Shown: positions 21,737-31,666 of the stretch, piece by piece
How positions within the stretch are numbered: position 1 is the first letter of the stretch
Layout: each line of letters starts with the position of its first letter
NCBI GenBank assembly: GCA_965228855.1
Contig: CBDDIJ010000002.1
Location: 544,001-608,000, forward strand
Source of the DNA: Candidatus Obscuribacterales bacterium
GTDB taxonomy: Bacteria; Cyanobacteriota; Vampirovibrionia; Obscuribacterales; Obscuribacteraceae
Direction: 5' to 3'
DNA: 64,000 nucleotides
Notes under the pieces: generated by a model
What the model was told of the DNA's origin: nothing
Databases searched by the model: none
What the model saw: only the letters and a program-made list of their open reading frames with translations
Program-made: the position numbers and the translations under genes

Positions 21737-22141
21737 TCACTCGTCCGCGCGGAGCGCGCCGAGAACAGATTCGATTCGCGCGAGGTTTACAATTCGCTCC
21801 TGGGCAAGCGCGTCTTCGCCGACCTCCTGAATGCGCTTCAGAAGCGACTCTTCGCACACCTCAAGCATGTCGGGCGCAATCAGTTTCGCCACCGTAAAGG
21901 TGCGACTGTTATTCTCCCGATCCTCTGGATCTGCCGAGCCGAGCAGCAGCAAGACGTTTCCATCCAGGTTCAATATCCCATCAATTATTCGATGCAAGTC
22001 GTAGCCCGAAGCTTCATCGCGCACGACGCAAAGCGCCGCGCCATCGCGTTTAAACTTATCGTCCAAGCGCAACTGATGCCCTGACATCGCAACAACCGAC
22101 CCAATCATCATGTAGTTGGCGAGCTGTATTTCTCGATTCAT
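21737..22141 (-). CDS. Hypothetical protein, possible immunity/partner of upstream gene
   Basis: GGAG RBS, starts 12 nt after the stop of the 797-aa gene. Confidence 0.6.
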   Translation of the reverse strand: MNREIQLANYMMIGSVVAMSGHQLRLDDKFKRDGAALCVVRDEASGYDLHRIIDGILNLDGNVLLLLGSADPEDRENNSRTFTVAKLIAPDMLEVCEESLLKRIQEVGEDALAQERIVNLARIESVLGALRADE

Positions 22142-22153
22142 CGAATCACTCCG

Positions 22154-24547
22154 TTATTTTCTCCAGATTATGGCAGGATCACACGGGTCCACACCGACCG
22201 CGCGGTAAAGAGCATACAAAGCCGGTCTCTCAACGAGCTGCCCAAAAGTGGTGCTCATCTCCGATTCAACCGCGTAGTAACCGGCTCCGTCCGAGCGCGA
22301 CTGCCCACCGCCCGACCTGAGCATCAGCCGATCACCCGCGCCATAAACCATCGTTCCTGGCTTCAGCCCTGTCTTTTGCTCGATTGCAGAAAGCATCGGC
22401 TGAGTCAGTTTAGAGCCAGGCGATAGCTTAAAACTCGCAACCAATCGCTGTTCCACAACCGCGTCCAACACTGGACCTTTGAACGAAACATTGTACATCG
22501 GATCAAAGTAGCGCCCCTCTTCGAATGTGTCACGGCTGACTGCAGCCCGCATGGAAAGCCCGCCCGCAACTTCGGTATTGCCCGTTTTAATCTCTTCCTT
22601 CAATCCAAGCCCCTTCGCATGCAGTATACCGTCAACTCGCTTCTGAACCTTGATCGCTTCCTCTGCGGTTTTCGTGTATATCGTAAACGCCTTGGCGCCC
22701 TGTCCAACTCCATCCGGCGCGACCACTCCGGGTCGTCCCTGCCCCTCCGTCGCGAAAGCGGGATCCATCCCTCTCCATTTCGCGACATACTTGAGCAACT
22801 CCGCATCCCGCATCAGCTCAGGGATCAACGCGCTCTGAACCCTCGCCAGATCCTCCGCCGACTCGGTCAAAACATGAACTTTTATCGGAGACGGCGCCTT
22901 GCCATCGCCCGGAGTGACGGCGTTAAACCAACCTTCCCATTTCATCATCTTCAGTTCATGTTGACCACACTTTAAAATACGAACGCAATCATCATTTGCT
23001 CTAACGCACTCATAGCCACTGTGAGCCAGTTTCGGAAGCTCTTGAACATCGCGCTGTTTGTACTTTTCCACGCGTCCTTCAGGAGCATCGCTTTTGGTTT
23101 TTAAACCTTCCGCGCCTTCCGCAGCCGTTTCGTGCTGTTTACCAGCCCCACCCTTGCCACCACCACTGGTGACAGCCTTTTCAACACCATGCGCTGCCGC
23201 AAAACCCAAACCGACCAACGTCGCATCAGCGAGTGGCTCCCCGAGATTATCTTCGGTAATCGCTTTTGCATGCGCAAATGTTTTCTCACTCGGATGACTA
23301 CAACAATCCTGAAGCGCCGGCAACGACTTCATCAAACCGTTGTATCCATCGGCTCCGACCTGACCGATTTCTTTTACCGCCAGCGCAAGACCACCGGCCT
23401 GCAATGCGCGCGCACCAAGTCGCGTCCACGGGTTCACGTTAGCAGCAAGCGTGCCGACAACCTTGCCAAACGCGACACCCATCGCGGTGCCCGAGGCAAG
23501 ATCGCCAATCGCGCCACCCTGAATGACCTTATGAAGAACCGCTTTCGATGCCCCGATCGCCGCACCATCCCCTAGCGCTGCGCCGGCAAGCATCAAACCA
23601 CGAACCGGATCCGGCATGTGACGCGTTTCGTTTAAAGTGCTCTTCGTCAGAGCCTCCTGATACTTTTCCAACGCCAGATCGCAAACCGCGAGATTTCTTA
23701 AATTCTGTTTTTCAAAATCAGTGAGTCCTTTTTCGCCCCGATTGACGCCATGCTTGTCGGTCGCCGACAGGTTCTTTCGGTAGAGTTCCTCTATCCGATG
23801 ATTGTCTGCCGGTGTCAGCCGCACTTCCACCATCTTCGGCAAAACCATTGGCGATGCCATGGATTTATAATCCGGCATCCACAAACTCGTATCCTGTTTA
23901 ATTAATCCAACCTTGTCACCACCCACGGTGTCATGCTCCACGGACCGATCCGACAGATGGTCGGAATGTTTCGCGGCGAGCAAGTTTCGTTCCATCTCGA
24001 CGATCTTGTCGCCGGCAGACTTATGTTTAGTTTCGCGCGTCTGCCCATCAGCTGTTTCAGATTTAATCGGCGTGCCGTGCTTCGCGGCGAGCCGCTCTCG
24101 CTCCATCTCGATAATCTTGTCACCAGCGGACTTGTGGGGCGCACTATGCCTAGCCTCACCCGTTGGCATTTTCAGCTCATCATCCCTCTGCAGACCAGCT
24201 GGCTTTTGCAGCTCATCACGCTTTTGCTCAGTAGCCGGTTCGGCTCTGCCAGGCGTACCGGGTTTCCCTTCAACCTGCGCGACCAACTTGGAGCGCCGCT
24301 TGCTTGCATCGTAAAACGTTTCGCCCGTGGTGCTGTCGTGCAGGATGAGCGGCTGTTCGGCCTTAACATGCAGCCCGAGCGCCTTCGTATCATGGCTCAG
24401 ACTCTCAAAATTCTCGCTATGCCTTTTCGCTTGCGTATCGCTCGAAATAGCTTCATTCGCGGTTTTCTGCGAGGTAGTCTGTTTGTGGTTGTCGGAAGCG
24501 TCGCGTTTCGCATCGATCGGTTTATGTTTCTCACGGTCCTGGGACAT
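22154..24547 (-). CDS. Large hypothetical protein with Gly/Ala-rich hydrophobic middle and phosphothreonine-lyase-like C-terminal region
   Basis: 797-aa ORF; KVH...KWR..D...GAKAFTIY motif pattern. Confidence 0.65.
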   Translation of the reverse strand: MSQDREKHKPIDAKRDASDNHKQTTSQKTANEAISSDTQAKRHSENFESLSHDTKALGLHVKAEQPLILHDSTTGETFYDASKRRSKLVAQVEGKPGTPGRAEPATEQKRDELQKPAGLQRDDELKMPTGEARHSAPHKSAGDKIIEMERERLAAKHGTPIKSETADGQTRETKHKSAGDKIVEMERNLLAAKHSDHLSDRSVEHDTVGGDKVGLIKQDTSLWMPDYKSMASPMVLPKMVEVRLTPADNHRIEELYRKNLSATDKHGVNRGEKGLTDFEKQNLRNLAVCDLALEKYQEALTKSTLNETRHMPDPVRGLMLAGAALGDGAAIGASKAVLHKVIQGGAIGDLASGTAMGVAFGKVVGTLAANVNPWTRLGARALQAGGLALAVKEIGQVGADGYNGLMKSLPALQDCCSHPSEKTFAHAKAITEDNLGEPLADATLVGLGFAAAHGVEKAVTSGGGKGGAGKQHETAAEGAEGLKTKSDAPEGRVEKYKQRDVQELPKLAHSGYECVRANDDCVRILKCGQHELKMMKWEGWFNAVTPGDGKAPSPIKVHVLTESAEDLARVQSALIPELMRDAELLKYVAKWRGMDPAFATEGQGRPGVVAPDGVGQGAKAFTIYTKTAEEAIKVQKRVDGILHAKGLGLKEEIKTGNTEVAGGLSMRAAVSRDTFEEGRYFDPMYNVSFKGPVLDAVVEQRLVASFKLSPGSKLTQPMLSAIEQKTGLKPGTMVYGAGDRLMLRSGGGQSRSDGAGYYAVESEMSTTFGQLVERPALYALYRAVGVDPCDPAIIWRK

Positions 24548-24790
24548 GAAACAACCCCCACAAGCGCCGTACTAGAGCGGCCGATCCGAACACGTAAACG
24601 AGTTATACCCTCGCAAAACCATACCTGAACTCAGGGAAAACCATAAGAAAAACCAAAGCGCAAATGTGCAGGTTGCAAAACACAAATGCGCTCTGGTTTT
24701 CTTTCGGCGGAGGAGCGAAGCACTTTCCGACTTCGCTTTTACAGCTTCGGGGCGGACTCAGTTCGGGGAAACCCAGCCCGCCCCGCCGTT

Positions 24791-25570
24791 TTAAATCGAG
24801 ATTCCACCGTCGCAAGCAATCGTGTGGCCGGTCACCCAGCGACCTTCATCGGAGGCAAGGAAGAGGACGGCATCAGCGATATCTTCGGGAGTTCCTACTC
24901 TTCCCAGCGCGGTGCGCTCCGTCATGTGAGCCTTCGCCTCTTCAGGCACAGCGGCGTTGTACATATCGGTGGCAGTGGTACCAGGTGCGACACCATTGAC
25001 GGTAATCTTTCGCGGTCCCAACTCTTGAGCCCAAACACGTGTGAGTGTATCAAGAGCCGCTTTGGTCGCGGAATAGACACTAGCACCAGGGAACGTCATG
25101 CGAGCAACACCGGAAGAGATGTTGATAATGCGACCACCGTCGGGCATAGCCTTGAGCGCCGCGACGGTGTTGGCAAGAACACCCTTGATATTGACGTCGA
25201 ACACTCGCTCGTAATGCTCCAATGTGATTTCGGTCACGGGAGCACCTTCAAAGACACCTGCGTTATTCACCAGAATGTCGACTCGGCCGAATCGCTTAAC
25301 CACAGCTTCCACGAGATCATCGCTTTCCTTTTGCGAGGATGCGTTTGCCTGGATTGCCAGACCTTCGGTTCCCAGCGAACCAATACGCTCGACAATGCTA
25401 TCGGCCGGTCCCTTGCTTTTCTGATAACTGATCGCTACCTTGGCGCCTTCTTGCGCCAACTTCAATGCGATCGCAGCGCCGATACCGCGGGAGCCACCAG
25501 TCACGAGAGCAACTTTTCCCTCTAAACGCTTGAGTCCTACATTTTCTTCCGTTACTTGTGCCGTTGGCAT
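24791..25570 (-). CDS. SDR family oxidoreductase
   Basis: TGGSRGIG, VNNAG, YSATK, VAPG; AAGGAG RBS. Confidence 0.93.
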   Translation of the reverse strand: MPTAQVTEENVGLKRLEGKVALVTGGSRGIGAAIALKLAQEGAKVAISYQKSKGPADSIVERIGSLGTEGLAIQANASSQKESDDLVEAVVKRFGRVDILVNNAGVFEGAPVTEITLEHYERVFDVNIKGVLANTVAALKAMPDGGRIINISSGVARMTFPGASVYSATKAALDTLTRVWAQELGPRKITVNGVAPGTTATDMYNAAVPEEAKAHMTERTALGRVGTPEDIADAVLFLASDEGRWVTGHTIACDGGISI

Positions 25571-25613
25571 GAGAATCTCCTTGTTTTTGGAATGGTTTTT
25601 AAGGATACCGAGT

Positions 25614-26054
25614 TTAAGCGACGGCTGTTTCCAGGCAGCGTTCGCTTAAACGAGAGAGTGTCTGTTCGGCGCGCAGCGCCACATAGGGGTTTTCATCAGC
25701 TGCAAGTGTTTCCAAAATGCAAGGTGATAAAAGTGGATTTTCGGCTAAACCGAATCTAACGTCGGCACTATCACTGGTGGCAAGTTGCTTGAGAAACATG
25801 CGAGGCAGGGATGGGTTGTACGATAAACTCAGCCTGACATCAGCGTTTTCATCCTCCAGTAATCGAAGGAGAACGCTTGTCGGCGTTGAGGCATTTTCCG
25901 CGACACGCGCCCTTACGGCCGGGTCGTTTGACTTTGACAATTCACTTAGTAGCAACGCCGTCAATTGGGTGTCGCCGGCAATAAGATATTGGACACTGAC
26001 CGGTGCCGAACTGCGTTTAGTTTTCCATTGTAAATCCTGATTCGAAATGCACAT
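25614..26054 (-). CDS. Leucine-rich-repeat-variant/HEAT-like repeat protein
   Basis: Repeated VR..(V/L)A.N..(T/L)P...L..L..D units. Confidence 0.7.
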   Translation of the reverse strand: MCISNQDLQWKTKRSSAPVSVQYLIAGDTQLTALLLSELSKSNDPAVRARVAENASTPTSVLLRLLEDENADVRLSLSYNPSLPRMFLKQLATSDSADVRFGLAENPLLSPCILETLAADENPYVALRAEQTLSRLSERCLETAVA

Positions 26055-26167
26055 TTTCCGATAACCTCGAACATATCATTAGACCGGTCTATTAGTTTCA
26101 TTTCAAAGAACTGGAACCGGTTTCATTAGCCAGTGCTGCAATCCAACCGAGCAGCAACAGTCCCCAT

Positions 26168-26187
26168 AATAGACCGGTCGGTCTATT
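26168..26187. promoter_or_regulatory. Palindromic operator TAGACC-N4-GGTCTA (TetR/NemR-type); related site TAGACCGGTCTA at 26080-26091
   Basis: aatagaccggtcggtctatt in the divergent intergenic region. Confidence 0.6.
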
Positions 26188-26351
26188 CCTGTCAACTGCC
26201 CCAAAATTCGCTCATCAAAGATTGGCAATTCTAATGCCGAAGCATGCTACGGGAAAAATTACGTGAACATTGCAGGTTTTGCTCTGCAAAAAAGTTTCGA
26301 TTGGACGAACCATAACCTATTAAAATAGAGAGGCTACCCGGAGGTTCTCCG

Positions 26352-27251
26352 ATGAACATTCTTGTGAGCGGCTCTCGCGGCCTGCTCGGATCCGAACTGA
26401 TCCCTCGACTGAAAGCACGCGGTCATCAAGTGCGCCGCCTGGTGCGCTCTTCGAAGGATGCAAATCCGTCTGACTTTCTATGGGACCCTGCGACGGGCGA
26501 ACTTCAGGGGGAATTGAAAAACATCGAAGGCATCATTCACCTGGCTGGCGAAAGCATTGCCTCCAGCCGCTGGAATGACGCGAAGAAAAAGCAGATACGC
26601 GACAGTCGCATAAAGGGAACTACCTTCATAAGCGAAACAGCCGCGGCAATCCGACCGCTCCCCAGGGTGTTGCTCTGCGCATCGGCAATTGGATTTTATG
26701 GAGACCGAGGCAGTGAGACCCTTGACGAAAACAGCAGCAATGGCAGCGGCTTTCTCGCCGAACTCTGCAGGGATTGGGAAACAGCTACCAATCCGGCTCG
26801 GGATGCCGGCATCCGCGTAGTCAATCTTAGAATCGGTGTTGCTCTTTCACCAAAAGGTGGCGCCCTCGGGAAAATGCTGCTCCCCTTTCAACTTGGTGCT
26901 GGCGGAATTATTGGAAGCGGCAAGCAGGAAATGAGCTGGATAGCAATTGATGATGTGGCCGATGCGATGGTGCACTGCGTTGAGAATGAAACCATCTCCG
27001 GTCCCGTAAATCTGACTGCACCAAATCCGGTATCGAACAAAGAATTCACTCGCGCGATGGGTGCCGTGCTCGGTCGACCGACGCTGTTTCCAATGCCTGA
27101 CTTCGCTGCGCGTCTAGCGTTTGGCGAAATGGCAGATGAGCTATTGCTTTCAAGCGCCAAGGTTTTGCCTAAGAAACTTCAAGCAAGCGGTTTCCAGTTC
27201 GGCTATCCGGACATTGAAGGTGCACTGCGCCACGTGATTAACAAGAAATAG
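26352..27251 (+). CDS. TIGR01777/YfcH family NAD-dependent epimerase-like oxidoreductase
   Basis: SGSRGLLG, IHLAGESIA..RW, ASAIGFYG, FLAELCRDWE, GPVNLTAPNPV. Confidence 0.92.
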   Translation: MNILVSGSRGLLGSELIPRLKARGHQVRRLVRSSKDANPSDFLWDPATGELQGELKNIEGIIHLAGESIASSRWNDAKKKQIRDSRIKGTTFISETAAAIRPLPRVLLCASAIGFYGDRGSETLDENSSNGSGFLAELCRDWETATNPARDAGIRVVNLRIGVALSPKGGALGKMLLPFQLGAGGIIGSGKQEMSWIAIDDVADAMVHCVENETISGPVNLTAPNPVSNKEFTRAMGAVLGRPTLFPMPDFAARLAFGEMADELLLSSAKVLPKKLQASGFQFGYPDIEGALRHVINKK

Positions 27252-27259
27252 AGGGAAGC

Positions 27260-28513
27260 ATGAATCGCGACTACCAAGTCATCATCATTGGAGCAGGGCT
27301 AGCCGGACTGGCTTGCGGACTGCATCTCCAGAAGAAAAACATTCCCTTCATCATCCTCGAGAGTTCGGACGCACCTGGTGGGCGAATTCGCACAGACAAG
27401 GTTGATGGTTTTTTGCTCGACAGGGGATTCCAAATTTTATTGACGGAATATCCTGAGGCACGCAAACTCTTTGACTACGAAAAGCTTGATTTGAAGCCGT
27501 TTTCTCCCGGTGCTCTTGTGCGCCTCGGCAAGAAATTTCATAGAGTTACCGACCCTTTTCGAGAGCCTGATAAAGCACTTGAAACATTGTTCGCACCAAT
27601 CGGAACTCTCACCGATAAAATGAACATCGCGAAGATTCGTCTGACGCTAACTGGACAACCGATCGAGAAGATTCTGACCGCAACTGAATATACAACGATG
27701 GAGTTGCTCAAGCTACAAGGTTTTTCCCAATCGATAATCGATAAGTTTTTCAGACCATTTTTTGGAGGAATTTTTCTTGAGTCGAAGCTCGAGACTTCAA
27801 GCAGAAAGTTTGAGTTTTTCTTCCGAACATTTTCGGGCGGCGACAATGTTATTCCAGCCAAGGGAATGCAAGAACTGCCAAATCAGTTGGCAGAAAAGCT
27901 CGGGCTATCTAACATCAAGTTAAATACCAGAGTCACTAATGTGACCAATCAGACCGTAACGACTGAAGACGGCGAAATATATGAGGCACCGCATGTGGTG
28001 ATAGCCACAGATAGGCGAGCCATGGGAAAAATTCTCTATGGCACGGATTTGTCCGAAGACGACCGGTCTGTGACCTGCCTCTACTTTGCTTGCGACACCG
28101 CGCCGATAAAAGAACCGATTCTCGTTTTAAACGGAGAGAAAACTGGTCCGATCAACAATCTCTGCGTGCCGAGCAACGTCTCTCCCGACTACGCCCCGCC
28201 CGGACAGGCACTGGTTTCGGTGACTGTTCTTGGAACCCGCAAAGATCACAATGCGTTGGAAAAGGCGGTTAGAAGTCAACTTGAAGAATGGTTCGGACGC
28301 GATGTTAAAGGTTGGCGCCGACTGCGGACCTACAGAATCGACAACGCTCTGCCGAAACAAAATCCACCCACCAGCTTCGTGGAAAACAAAAATGAAGTTC
28401 GTCCTGGAATCTACGTGTGCGGTGACCACATGAGCACAGGTTCGCTAAACGGCGCTCTTGAATCGGGCCGAGAAGTCGCAGAGATGATCGAGAAAACTCT
28501 GCTGCAATCGTAA
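27260..28513 (+). CDS. FAD-dependent oxidoreductase (amine oxidase/HemY-like)
   Basis: IIGAGLAGL, GGRIRTD..DGFLLDRGFQ, CGDH...SLNGALESG. Confidence 0.88.
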   Translation: MNRDYQVIIIGAGLAGLACGLHLQKKNIPFIILESSDAPGGRIRTDKVDGFLLDRGFQILLTEYPEARKLFDYEKLDLKPFSPGALVRLGKKFHRVTDPFREPDKALETLFAPIGTLTDKMNIAKIRLTLTGQPIEKILTATEYTTMELLKLQGFSQSIIDKFFRPFFGGIFLESKLETSSRKFEFFFRTFSGGDNVIPAKGMQELPNQLAEKLGLSNIKLNTRVTNVTNQTVTTEDGEIYEAPHVVIATDRRAMGKILYGTDLSEDDRSVTCLYFACDTAPIKEPILVLNGEKTGPINNLCVPSNVSPDYAPPGQALVSVTVLGTRKDHNALEKAVRSQLEEWFGRDVKGWRRLRTYRIDNALPKQNPPTSFVENKNEVRPGIYVCGDHMSTGSLNGALESGREVAEMIEKTLLQS

Positions 28514-28605
28514 GCTAGCAACGGCGAAACTGCGGACGAGAGGTAGACCGTCATTAGCACTGGACTGGACTGGACTGGACTGCCCTCCCCTCCCTTCGCT
28601 TTAAT

Positions 28606-28979
28606 ACTGCAAATTGGTTTGCAGCTTTTGGCTCAAAACCAGCAATCTAAATTGCAGCCACCGAATTATGTCCCCAGATTGGCGTCCTCTGCACTCTAAA
28701 TCGACCGACTGCAAATTGGTTTGCAGCTTTTGGCTCAAAACCAGCAATCTAAATTGCAGCCACCGAATTATGTCCCCAGATTGGCGTCCTCTGTACTCTA
28801 AATCGAACCGACTGCAAATTGGTTTGCAGCTTTTGGCTCAAAACCAGCAATCTAAATTGCAGCCACCGAATTATGTCCCCAGATTGGCGTCCTCTGCACT
28901 CTAAATCGACCGACTGCAAATTGGTTTGCAGCTTTTGGCTCAAAATCAGCAATCTAAATTGCAGCCACCGCACTATGTC
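28606..28979. repeat. 102-103 bp near-identical tandem repeat, about 3.6 copies
   Basis: actgcaaattggtttgcagc... units start at 28606, 28708, 28811, 28913. Confidence 0.95.
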
Positions 28980-29231
28980 GTAGTGATTTCTGATCTCATA
29001 TCTCATATCTCCTGTCTCATATCTCGTGTCTCATGTCTACGCCAGAGCGACGGATCTTCGGAAAAGCGTCAACGAGTCGTAGACAAACGCCTCGATGACG
29101 GAGTATGCCGATACGGAAGACCCGCTCACCACAACGGTTCCGAGCATTTCGGATTCACGAGCTCATATAGTAGCCAGTCATTGCAAAAGAACGGCATGGG
29201 GGAGGTTCCATGCCGTCCACGGGGCGGGGTA

Positions 29232-30332
29232 TTAGCAGCCGAAGCCGGTGGGGCCTACGGGCTCCAAGATCTGGTTTTTGTCGCTGTCACCGTTCTTCTT
29301 TGCGTCGGCGGGCGGCGGTGGTGTCACTCCGCACTGGGTGCAGGTCCGGGGGTCGGTGGTCGTTTGTTGGGCGGGAAGTTTGGTCCCGCATGAAGGGCAG
29401 AAATTCCACTCTGTGGACATATGGACGCCTTTCGAATTAGGCAGTGGAGCGCAACCGCCGCTCCACTCGCGCGCCTTGTAGCAAACCTTGTTGACCTCGC
29501 CCGCCACGAGCAGAACGAGGCTTGAAATATACAACCAGAACATCAGCATCATCACGCCACCAAGCGACCCGTAGGTGAGGTCGTAATGCGCGAGATTCTG
29601 GACATAAAGCCGAAATCCGTAGGTGGTCAGCAAGAAAATCACGGCACCAAATACGCTACCAGGCGTCACCCAGCGGTGCGCCTGATTAACGTCCGGACCG
29701 GCGGCAAAGGTGAGCGCGAACGACGCCAGCACCATCAGGAAGATGACAAACCACGTCACCCAGGTCGCGATGTATGCCGGCAAAAGACGCAGACCAACCC
29801 ATTCGACAAGATACGGAAACGCGAATATCGCAGCCACGGCAGCAAGAAGAATGACCGATTGAACAACGGTCATCCAGATTGCCGTCAGGCGAAACTTCCA
29901 GTACGGTCGAGTATCGCGCACTCCGTAAATGCGATTGAGCCCGTCAATCACCGCGGCGTAAAGCCCCGATGCAAGCCAGATCGTAATCGCCAAACTGATC
30001 GAAAGCACGGCGATCGGCTGACCACCGTGCAATCGCGCAATCTGCTCCTCGATGACCTGATGTGCATCATCAGGGAAGACCGTGCCGAGTAGCGACTCAA
30101 GCGCGTGAAGAAGTTCTTTGCTCTCCACACCCGCTGCCGGCAACAAGAGCGCTCCTAGGGTGATCACTAGTGCGAGAAACGGAACAGCCGCCATCATCGC
30201 ACCGAAGGCAATCGCCGACGCCCTTGTAAAAATTTCGTTTTCAATGACGTCGTTCCACGTGTGCCCGGCGATTTGCCAGACACCGCGAAACCGGCACGAG
30301 ACAGCTCGCCCGATGCCACCGGTTTTATTCAC
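29232..30332 (-). CDS. YihY/virulence factor BrkB family membrane protein with C-terminal zinc ribbon
   Basis: ASAIAF, GLNRIYGV, TPGS, YDLTYGSLGGVMMLMFWLY; tail CPSC...CTQC. Confidence 0.88.
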   Translation of the reverse strand: MNKTGGIGRAVSCRFRGVWQIAGHTWNDVIENEIFTRASAIAFGAMMAAVPFLALVITLGALLLPAAGVESKELLHALESLLGTVFPDDAHQVIEEQIARLHGGQPIAVLSISLAITIWLASGLYAAVIDGLNRIYGVRDTRPYWKFRLTAIWMTVVQSVILLAAVAAIFAFPYLVEWVGLRLLPAYIATWVTWFVIFLMVLASFALTFAAGPDVNQAHRWVTPGSVFGAVIFLLTTYGFRLYVQNLAHYDLTYGSLGGVMMLMFWLYISSLVLLVAGEVNKVCYKAREWSGGCAPLPNSKGVHMSTEWNFCPSCGTKLPAQQTTTDPRTCTQCGVTPPPPADAKKNGDSDKNQILEPVGPTGFGC

Positions 30333-30377
30333 ATTGCTCTCCTCGTATTGATGTTTGTCGCAACGAGGACGCGTTCG

Positions 30378-31235
30378 TTACTCGTCCTCGGGAATCGTCG
30401 GGTCATCGTCCTCGAATTGCTCTGCGAAGAGCGCGTCGGCAGGCGGGTTAACCTGGTCCGCCTTCCAGGTCGTGACGACGGTTCCGTCCGCATCAAGGTC
30501 TTCGGCACAACTCAACTTGCCGCTGTCGTCGTTGGTGTAACGCCGGTATCCATGCTTCTCTTTGACGTTCACCGACTTGCAGACGAATCCCGCTTTCGTC
30601 TTCAGCCAGACTTGTTCGAGCTTGATGTCGCCGGTTTCGCTGTAAACCGTGACGACCATTTGCGTTTCACCAACGACTCGCCGCAACTGACTGCCGTCGG
30701 GCGCATAGTAACACCACTCGAATTGACCGCTGACACCCTTGATGTTGGCGGTGAAATAGATCTTGTTGCTGTCGGTCCTGAAGTGCGTGAGCTCAAATCC
30801 GCCGTCGACGCTGACGCGACGCCGCATCTGTGCACTCTTGCCGTCCTTCTTGTACCGGATAGCTTCAAAGGTCCCGTCCGCGAGCTTTCGCCGTTCGAAG
30901 GCGAGCACGCCCGCTTTCAGTTCGCGCTTGAGCTTGCCGTCAGGGTAATACTCGAACTCGCCCGTCCGCGCGCCGTTCTTGTCACTGACGACCTTAGCAG
31001 TGCGCACCCCGTTTTTAAAACTATCCAACTCGACCGAGCCGTCCTCCTTCACGACCTTCCGTGCGACCAACTCCTTCTCGACGTTAAACGTACTGGTGCG
31101 CGAAGTCTCGCCCTTCTGAGGCGTCTCGCTGACCTGTGCGTAGCCGTGAGGAATATCGTCGGCATCCGCAGCCACGTATCCGAATCCCAGCCCCAGAGCC
31201 AAGCTCAGCGACAGGATCAACTGTTTGCGATTCAT
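30378..31235 (-). CDS. Exported hypothetical protein (beta-rich, MORN-variant-like repeats)
   Basis: Signal peptide MNRKQLILSLSLALGL; EYYPDGKLK, YYAPDG repeats. Confidence 0.6.
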   Translation of the reverse strand: MNRKQLILSLSLALGLGFGYVAADADDIPHGYAQVSETPQKGETSRTSTFNVEKELVARKVVKEDGSVELDSFKNGVRTAKVVSDKNGARTGEFEYYPDGKLKRELKAGVLAFERRKLADGTFEAIRYKKDGKSAQMRRRVSVDGGFELTHFRTDSNKIYFTANIKGVSGQFEWCYYAPDGSQLRRVVGETQMVVTVYSETGDIKLEQVWLKTKAGFVCKSVNVKEKHGYRRYTNDDSGKLSCAEDLDADGTVVTTWKADQVNPPADALFAEQFEDDDPTIPEDE

Positions 31236-31666
31236 GCGAGCCTTTCGTGTTTTGAATTTCGTGTATGAAAAACCGCTTGCCGCTTCGCATATCAATCGTC
31301 GCCTCACACGACGTGACCGGTCTCATCCCGTGTCTTGAAGGAGCGAAACAGCGTTGTCGGTTTAAGTTAAGCGTTAGAGCGATAATCGCCTGCGACTGTG
31401 AGGAAAGAAAAAGCGTTTTTATTTCTAGCCAATAGAACAGTTTGGTTTCAAACAGAAACAGCAATTGTGGCCGCCCAGATACATAAGTTTCCGATCAGAG
31501 CGAAAAACCATACTCGTGGAGCTAACGCTTTTGATCTTGGGATAGCGGCCGATTTCATGTTGTTTCACAACAGTGTCACAAACTTTGGGCATTATGGATG
31601 CACGCTCACACGACCGCCTTCTAAACGGTCTTTTAAACTCTCGCTCGCTGCAGGATTACTAAGAAT

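Noticed and set aside
28606..28979. CRISPR array
   Set aside because: Whole 102-bp units are near-identical with no unique spacers, and no cas genes are in the window.
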